A stretch of 64,000 bases of DNA from positions 197,033 through 261,032 of the IMG/VR virus record IMGVR_UViG_3300033997_000092; one strand, written 5' to 3'. Under the pieces are notes generated by a model. It had not been told where the DNA came from and did not search any database. It saw only the letters and a list, made by a program, of their open reading frames with translations. Positions 57,910 through 64,000 of this stretch are shown here, piece by piece; position 1 is the stretch's first letter; every line of letters begins with the position of its first letter. The translations under genes were made by a program, and so were the position numbers.

Positions 57910-57952
57910 ATACCCACAGCAATAGTGCTTTATTAACACTGGGTATATATAC

Positions 57953-58279
57953 ATGAAAGCTACAATACAGAAACAAGTCAACTCATTGATTGCCGACGGA
58001 ACTATCACTTTTATCGAAAAAGCACAGTGGGGTTCGCTTTACTCTATAAAGGGAATCAATGCGAAAAAGATTCGCCTGTTTATCTCAGACGATGGTGATC
58101 AGTGGAGACTGGCGGGATATGACAAACGCGGTCTGTGGTTTAGTTTAGGTGACCGTGCCGATTTAAGCAATGGCATGAATGTAAGCACCTCGTCATTTAT
58201 GCAAAGCATCCCAGCACTATCTATGGGATACAAATCAGGCGCTGCTTGGTTGAAAGCTGAAATCTTAACTCAAATATAA
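57953..58279 (+). CDS. Early hypothetical protein
   Basis: First gene after the promoter. Confidence 0.55.
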   Translation: MKATIQKQVNSLIADGTITFIEKAQWGSLYSIKGINAKKIRLFISDDGDQWRLAGYDKRGLWFSLGDRADLSNGMNVSTSSFMQSIPALSMGYKSGAAWLKAEILTQI

Positions 58280-58293
58280 TCTGGAGACGCATC

Positions 58294-58644
58294 ATGTCGC
58301 AAGTATCAATCATCGAATTATCAGTTGGTGTTGTATCCGTCAAACTGGAAACAGGCTCACGCACGTTAGCCAATATGTTTGGTGTTTATCTAAAAGACTC
58401 CAATGACCCGGAGTATTACAGAGAGGAACAAAAGTTCTCGGGTGAACACGCATACGGAATGGCGATGGAACATCTAGTCGCCTATCTACGTATAGGTCCC
58501 CGCGACAAGGACATCAACTATATCCTAGACAAAATCGAGGAAGGTTACGCAGACTGGAAACGAGACTGCGAAGACTTCAAAGAACGTGGTAATAACTTCG
58601 ATTTACCATTTCACCTGTATATCACAATAGCCGTTCAAAAATAA
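58294..58644 (+). CDS. Early hypothetical protein
   Basis: RBS GGAG. Confidence 0.55.
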   Translation: MSQVSIIELSVGVVSVKLETGSRTLANMFGVYLKDSNDPEYYREEQKFSGEHAYGMAMEHLVAYLRIGPRDKDINYILDKIEEGYADWKRDCEDFKERGNNFDLPFHLYITIAVQK

Positions 58645-58655
58645 GGAGAACGACA

Positions 58656-59309
58656 ATGGCCCATTATGTATTCTATTTTTTAGATGGTGAAGCAGTTATC
58701 ATCGAAGCAGACGACGGAGGCAAAGACGATGCCTCTATCGCTTTCAACAAACAGTTTAGTCGTGGTGCGTTGCAGGCAGTTGACTTTTATGAGCGATTCG
58801 ATAATGCCGTAACCAAAGCTGACCTTAAGTATTCGTTTGATGACGGCGCGTGGCACAAAATCATCTGCTACGATACTGTTATGCACTTCAACCCGAATAA
58901 AGCAGAAGGCACGTTCCGTAATCTCTGGTCGTGGTTAGCTGGTTCGTTTACAAAAGGCGAAGGCTATTCTACTGTGCCTGTTGTAGTATTCGATGATAAG
59001 GGTTTTGATGATCAGGGACCTGCATCAGGCAAAGAAGTCAGTGTCCCTTACGGCGTTGATAAAGGCAGTGTGTTTGAAATGACAAACACTGACAACGAAT
59101 TTGACAAAATCTGGAAGACGTTACCTCGCAAACGTACAAATGCCGACTACGTTGCAGAGTGTTCACGCATTTTAGGTCGCACTGATCAGGCACAGGCCAC
59201 TGTTTATTTTCCTGCTGACCCGGATAGTCCTGACGAAGTTATGATTCAGGCTAACTGTGATTTTGTCCATAACCATGTTACGTTTTCAGTGTATCAAGGG
59301 GATTGTTAA
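58656..59309 (+). CDS. Early hypothetical protein
   Basis: RBS AAGGAG. Confidence 0.55.
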   Translation: MAHYVFYFLDGEAVIIEADDGGKDDASIAFNKQFSRGALQAVDFYERFDNAVTKADLKYSFDDGAWHKIICYDTVMHFNPNKAEGTFRNLWSWLAGSFTKGEGYSTVPVVVFDDKGFDDQGPASGKEVSVPYGVDKGSVFEMTNTDNEFDKIWKTLPRKRTNADYVAECSRILGRTDQAQATVYFPADPDSPDEVMIQANCDFVHNHVTFSVYQGDC

Positions 59310-59599
59310 TGGAAGACGATTCAGTTAATGAAATCACTGTCCTGGAACTTGAAGAACAGATATTCCAGTTAGAAGGAATCGTGGTACGAATACGTGCTCC
59401 TTCAAAGTCAAAAGTTCTTGAGTATGGTTATACTCGCTGTGCTCCTGGCAATCAAAAAGTTTCGCTGTGGTTGAATACACGGGTTGCTCCTTGTTTACGC
59501 GGACTTGAGATTAGTGTAATTAGTGGTAGTTTCGGTTCGGTACTTGGCCAAACTACTTTATCTAACCTGCGTGATAGTTACGTTAGACGCTCTAAATAA
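59303..59599 (+). CDS. Hypothetical protein
   Basis: 98-aa operon ORF. Confidence 0.5.
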   Translation: MLMEDDSVNEITVLELEEQIFQLEGIVVRIRAPSKSKVLEYGYTRCAPGNQKVSLWLNTRVAPCLRGLEISVISGSFGSVLGQTTLSNLRDSYVRRSK

Positions 59600-59609
59600 G
59601 GAGACTGAT

Positions 59610-59948
59610 ATGCCTGTTGTAATGATTAAGCTTGTAGTTCCTGGTGCGACGGTTGAACGTGTGTTCAAGTTCAGTAACACGTTTCCTCCAAGTGCAGCCA
59701 CTGCATTAAACGATGTGATGCCTGAAGACCCACACAAAGCCTCATCTAAGGCAGCAACAATCCTGTGTGATTTGATCGGTCGTAACCCACGTGACCCTCA
59801 CCTTCACTACATGCTGTTGAGTGTCGATGAAGCGGTCCGTTCACATCAAGGCCGTGAGCAAGCCCATAAGATTCGCGCACTGGGTAAAGAGTCAACGCTG
59901 CCTTTTCACTTTAAGTTTTCTATAGAAAGCTTGGAGCGTGAAGATTAA
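59610..59948 (+). CDS. Hypothetical protein (start revised)
   Basis: RBS AAGGAG before MPVVMIK. Confidence 0.5.
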   Translation: MPVVMIKLVVPGATVERVFKFSNTFPPSAATALNDVMPEDPHKASSKAATILCDLIGRNPRDPHLHYMLLSVDEAVRSHQGREQAHKIRALGKESTLPFHFKFSIESLERED

Positions 59949-59962
59949 CGATCGGAGAGTTT

Positions 59963-60220
59963 ATGGATACATACCAGCCGGCGAAAAGTCCAATCAACGG
60001 CGTTGTGCTTTTCGATATTGCATTAAAACATCTATCTGGTAACAACGTAGGAGCAACGGATGTTGACTTCCTGCGTAACTCAGATGCGATTGCTGAAATC
60101 CGTTTCATGCTGAAGGCCAGCGGCTGGAAACATGATGAAAACTATGTACGCCAAGTTATGCGTATTATGTATCACAAAGTCAAAGCACACCAGTTCTTGA
60201 TAGAGCTGGAAAGTTCTTGA
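59963..60220 (+). CDS. Hypothetical protein
   Basis: RBS GGAG. Confidence 0.5.
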   Translation: MDTYQPAKSPINGVVLFDIALKHLSGNNVGATDVDFLRNSDAIAEIRFMLKASGWKHDENYVRQVMRIMYHKVKAHQFLIELESS

Positions 60221-60233
60221 TTGTGATTTACTC

Positions 60234-60257
60234 GTAGGCATTCGCAACAGTGCCTAC
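60234..60257 (+). other. Conserved intergenic RNA hairpin, copy 4
   Basis: GTAGGCATT-cgcaac-AGTGCCTAC. Confidence 0.75.
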
Positions 60258-60282
60258 TATGAAAATCATACGAGGAAATATC

Positions 60283-60948
60283 ATGGGACAACATCTGAGA
60301 AAGCTGACAACAGATTCAGCTATTGAACTGGGACGTACTATCGGTGTCCCAGTAGAACTCAACGAAAAGTTTAGCGGCTGGTTAGGAAACAAGGTCCTTA
60401 TGCGTACTCACCTCGATGCGCGAGGCGGAATCTATGTTAACGGCATTGATTACTTCCATGAACTCGCGCATGGGATTCGTTTGATGTCACTCGGATATAG
60501 CCATCGAATTATGTTAGAGAACTTCGGCTTTAAAAAGCTTGAGACATTTGACAAAGACCGTGCGATGCGCGTTATCCAGGAAGAATGTTTGGTAGTTGGA
60601 ATACAAATCAAATTGGCTTCCCAACATGATGCCAAACTATCTATTCACAACGCTATAAAGATGCAAGCCCAATCAATCATTGATATAGTGGCTCGCGACG
60701 GTAAACGGTTGTCAAACGCACTTCCTCAGAAAAAGGTACCCGATGACCTTGTTAAACTAGGAACAGCCATAACTGATGACTGTCACCCGAATTCAATACT
60801 GCATGAAAAGCGATTGCAGTACAGGCGTGAGAACGAGACACATCTGGTTAGAACTGTTATGCGCCTTATCCGTTTGTATCTTGGTACGTACACTGACAAA
60901 GAAATCAGTACAGGCCTTGACCAATTAATCACATCAATTTCTAAATAG
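60283..60948 (+). CDS. HExxH metalloprotein, paralogue of 55594..56253 (start revised)
   Basis: DYFHELAH...HRIMLENFG...EECLVVGIQ; RBS GAGG before MGQHL. Confidence 0.55.
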   Translation: MGQHLRKLTTDSAIELGRTIGVPVELNEKFSGWLGNKVLMRTHLDARGGIYVNGIDYFHELAHGIRLMSLGYSHRIMLENFGFKKLETFDKDRAMRVIQEECLVVGIQIKLASQHDAKLSIHNAIKMQAQSIIDIVARDGKRLSNALPQKKVPDDLVKLGTAITDDCHPNSILHEKRLQYRRENETHLVRTVMRLIRLYLGTYTDKEISTGLDQLITSISK

Positions 60949-60958
60949 GTAAACTACC

Positions 60959-62089
60959 ATGAAAGCAAAGAAAACCGAAATGTACCGCAACTTCACTGCA
61001 ATCCTTCCAGTAACATGCAATGCCAATTGCGTGTTCTGTCCTGAAAAGGAAATGGAAAACAAAGCAACTAAGGCAGATTGGCTAGAAGGCTTAGTCAAGT
61101 CCATTTTTGAAAACAGAAAGCGTGTAGATCACGTATCTATCTCTGGCGGTGAACCCACACTGAACGTCAAGCTACTACAGCAAACAATTGACAACATTTT
61201 GAGTGAGACACACATTACCCGTGTCGGTCTGACTTCCAATGGTCAGTTTTTGGAATCAGCAAATAAAACGCTGAATGTACTGAATGCGTTGACAGACAAA
61301 ACAACACTGGAGTGCAAACTGGATTTTATGAATATTTCCATGCACTCGTTTAATGCTGACCTGAATATGGAGATTATGGGTATCTCCTCTATGTTTGATT
61401 TGGATGCTCTGGTAAGATTCCGTAAGTTGTTAGGCCAATTGTCGTTCCACATCAACTTTGTGATCTGCAAACAAAACATCCGTAACATTCTGTGGGAAAT
61501 GAAGCAAGCCAAACGCTTCATGGAAGCAAACCCGAATATCGACGTGGTGTTTCGTGTTGACTACAACATGAAAGCAGAATTTAAAAAGCTGCACACGTGG
61601 GCACAGGCAAGCAAATCAAAACGCCGTTCTATTGAAATGCCGGCGTTGATTACAATGTTCAACAGTGTATTTGGTACAGGCACGGAAGTCGATCCGACTA
61701 CACAACTGATTGGATACTGCCCGTCATGCTTCACTATGATGTCAAAAGTAAGTGACTTAAACTTTGCTTACCTGAAAGCCAGTGCGTATGAGCCTAATGC
61801 TATTCTGGATAAACCCACTGAGTTGATTTATCACATGGACGGCGAACTGTATTACGATTGGTCACGCAAGCAGTATGCAGGTGATACGGAAGCGGTCGAA
61901 GACTTTGATGAAGATGAATTGTTAGACAACATTTTCGACGAAGACGATGAACTTCCTGAAAAGCCTTTGCCTACGAAAGGTAAAAAGAAGCCAGTAGAAA
62001 AGAAAAAGAAACACGCCAAAATACGTACCAGTTCAGACTCTGGCTCTGGCGGTCGCTGTGGTTATGGTGGAGGTCGCTGTGGATATTAA
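60959..62089 (+). CDS. Radical SAM enzyme with acidic/basic linker and Gly-Cys tail
   Basis: CNANCVFC (CxxxCxxC), SISGGEPTL, TSNG, NISMH. Confidence 0.85.
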   Translation: MKAKKTEMYRNFTAILPVTCNANCVFCPEKEMENKATKADWLEGLVKSIFENRKRVDHVSISGGEPTLNVKLLQQTIDNILSETHITRVGLTSNGQFLESANKTLNVLNALTDKTTLECKLDFMNISMHSFNADLNMEIMGISSMFDLDALVRFRKLLGQLSFHINFVICKQNIRNILWEMKQAKRFMEANPNIDVVFRVDYNMKAEFKKLHTWAQASKSKRRSIEMPALITMFNSVFGTGTEVDPTTQLIGYCPSCFTMMSKVSDLNFAYLKASAYEPNAILDKPTELIYHMDGELYYDWSRKQYAGDTEAVEDFDEDELLDNIFDEDDELPEKPLPTKGKKKPVEKKKKHAKIRTSSDSGSGGRCGYGGGRCGY

Positions 62090-62345
62090 TGTGTTTGTTG
62101 CGGGTGTAACTGAATATGAACGTGGCTGGGGAAATCGCCCTGACGGATATGTCATTGTAAAAACTCCAGACGATCTGAAAACACTGTTGAAGCCAAACGG
62201 TCACTTGTGTGGAGATTACGAAGAATTCTCCACAGTAGCTACGGACCTACGTGCAGCTAAACTGACCGAAGAAGGTGTAGCTGCGATGGAAGGCAAAGTG
62301 GCTCTGTGGGTAATGCAACACGATAAACGCAAGCTTATCGAATAG
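62079..62345 (+). CDS. Small phage protein (EYERGWG motif)
   Basis: GGAGG RBS then GTG at 62079. Confidence 0.5.
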   Translation: MDINVFVAGVTEYERGWGNRPDGYVIVKTPDDLKTLLKPNGHLCGDYEEFSTVATDLRAAKLTEEGVAAMEGKVALWVMQHDKRKLIE

Positions 62346-62357
62346 ACGGAGACATAT

Positions 62358-62621
62358 ATGGATGTAATGTATTTCTTTTATAGCGCAGAACAGGACGCTG
62401 TAAAAAGACGTAACGCAAACAGAGAACGGCGGCAATTACCAATCAATCACGTTGTTGATTCTGAAGGTAAAATACACGAATTTACTATGCAGAGCCCTAA
62501 AAGGCATCCTGATGTAGGCTTCAAGGACCTTCAGTTTATATGTGAAGCAACCAAAAACAGTGTTATCCATAACGGTCGTCCTCAAGGCGAATGGGCTAAA
62601 GCACACTTACACAAACTTTAA
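62358..62621 (+). CDS. Hypothetical protein
   Basis: RBS GGAG. Confidence 0.5.
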   Translation: MDVMYFFYSAEQDAVKRRNANRERRQLPINHVVDSEGKIHEFTMQSPKRHPDVGFKDLQFICEATKNSVIHNGRPQGEWAKAHLHKL

Positions 62622-62636
62622 TATGGGACTATTGAA

Positions 62637-63230
62637 ATGCAAAAATTCCAATGCTTTGCAAATATCCTGTACCCGAATATACTCGATCTGTATATCAAAG
62701 GTACAAAAGGTGCCAACGTCAAAGATATGGTACTTCCTAAATTCATAGGCAGAATCAGTATGATTCCGTCATCCAGTGAGAAAGACCGTTTCCAGTGTTC
62801 TTTACTTACTCCTCACTTTATGTTGAGTACGCTGCCTTGTAGCTCTATGTCTGTAGCAAGCTTGGAAGACTACGTGAAGTTGCTGGAGCAGGACTACGTG
62901 AATGTAGAGAACCTGCAGAAGTTGTTGGAAGAACAGGACTATCTGAAGTTCAAGCACTTCCACGTAGTTGGTGGCCGTAAGACTACAACAGATGCTTCCG
63001 TACCTGAGACAATTTACGTTGATTTTATTTCAGGTCGTCCTCACCTTGTCCATATAATCAGTAACAATAGCAGGTTCAGTCGTACTGACTTGCAAAAGAT
63101 TACTACAACAAGCCGTGAGTATTTGGACGAATTCTTAAAACGGTATACGCCGGTTTATCAGTTCAAAGTAATCGAAACATTAACCAACAAAGTGGATGCA
63201 AAGCTTACTTTGTTCTTCACACCACGCTAA
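62637..63230 (+). CDS. Hypothetical protein
   Basis: 197-aa ORF. Confidence 0.5.
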   Translation: MQKFQCFANILYPNILDLYIKGTKGANVKDMVLPKFIGRISMIPSSSEKDRFQCSLLTPHFMLSTLPCSSMSVASLEDYVKLLEQDYVNVENLQKLLEEQDYLKFKHFHVVGGRKTTTDASVPETIYVDFISGRPHLVHIISNNSRFSRTDLQKITTTSREYLDEFLKRYTPVYQFKVIETLTNKVDAKLTLFFTPR

Positions 63231-63239
63231 TAAGGAAAT

Positions 63240-64000
63240 ATGATGGAAACTTTATCGATAGTAATAGGCTTTATCATGGGACTCAGCACGTTCGTAGCTG
63301 ATATTATGCCGACGTGGCTGCTGGCAATCTTAGTGTTCGTGGCAGCCGCTTTGGCTTCGGCGTCTTACACTTCAATTTATCCAATTCATCGTAATGTGGA
63401 TTATGTACATAAACCTATAAGCTTTTCTACACTGTTTTTTGCTGTAGTGCTTTATGTACTTGCTGATGCCTTGTTTTTGCAGTACGGCATTGACCTTGAA
63501 CTAAGTTGGATGTCGGTTGCGTACATCTTAGCAGTAGGACTGTCGGCCTCATTCTTTACTTGGCTATATGTGAACTACAAACACGTTGTTACAGTCCGTG
63601 CTGTTATATTCCGTGGTACTCAGCGTGGTGCGTCAAACTTAAATGAGTTGACCTCGATGAATCTGATTTATGTCCAAAACATACTGGACACCTTTTGTGA
63701 CTCTAAATTCAAAGAGTTTACGAAAATGAAAGACATCTATACGTGGGGTGCCTCAGGAAAGTTATGTAAGCTCCATCTAGATCATCGTAATCTGATTGAG
63801 AACAAGGTCTCTATTGATTCCTGCCCGGCTCCTACTGGACCTAAAGGCCAACGAGCTGAAACTCAAAGTATGTTTGCTACTCCTACAAGCCACTGGTATC
63901 CAAAGTATGACAGAAAAGACGAAGTTACTTCGTTGGAAGAAGCATGGCTTTACTGCCTGCATACAAACACAGTCCAAAAAGAACTGATTGATTTGTTACG
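63240..64000 (+). CDS. Membrane protein, truncated by window end (not in ORF track)
   Basis: RBS AAGGA, MMETLSIVIGFIMG...; reading frame open to the window edge; several N-terminal hydrophobic segments. Confidence 0.6.
   Translation, partial: MMETLSIVIGFIMGLSTFVADIMPTWLLAILVFVAAALASASYTSIYPIHRNVDYVHKPISFSTLFFAVVLYVLADALFLQYGIDLELSWMSVAYILAVGLSASFFTWLYVNYKHVVTVRAVIFRGTQRGASNLNELTSMNLIYVQNILDTFCDSKFKEFTKMKDIYTWGASGKLCKLHLDHRNLIENKVSIDSCPAPTGPKGQRAETQSMFATPTSHWYPKYDRKDEVTSLEEAWLYCLHTNTVQKELIDLL

Noticed and set aside
1-64000. tRNA genes, stop-codon reassignment, transposases
   Set aside because: Coding density is high under the standard code, intergenic gaps are short, and no cloverleaf or transposase motifs were recognised by eye

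Overview
This is a 64 kb segment of a large (probably jumbo) contractile-tailed phage. A gammaproteobacterial host is inferred from a FliA-like sigma factor and an NrdA-type peptide. There are two divergent arms. The left arm (1-34184, minus strand) is a virion module: PAAR spike, gp25-like protein, baseplate wedges, a tail-fibre attachment protein, four collagen-like fibres (one with a C-terminal Hint domain), two large Calx-beta adhesins, a small membrane/periplasmic cassette and a tandem array of about 10 paralogous fibre-like subunits. The right arm (34316-64000, plus strand) carries RNase H, a 2OG-Fe(II) oxygenase, thymidylate synthase, a P-loop kinase, a C39-like peptidase, a Tad1-domain fusion, a LemA/TPM-like pair, a FliA-like sigma factor, two HExxH paralogues, a radical SAM enzyme and many small orphan early genes. 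Two near-consensus sigma70 promoters in this arm share a 28-bp upstream element. The most notable observations are: (1) an unannotated 40-aa gene (43992-44114) that is a free-standing copy of the redox-active C-terminal tail of class Ia ribonucleotide reductase alpha; (2) four dispersed, covarying intergenic RNA hairpins in the early operons; (3) a Tad1 immune-signal sponge domain fused to an unknown N-terminus; (4) a modular fibre-subunit array and identically split Calx-beta domains. I saw no tRNA, rRNA, CRISPR array or mobile element. All family assignments come from motif recognition by eye; no searches were run.
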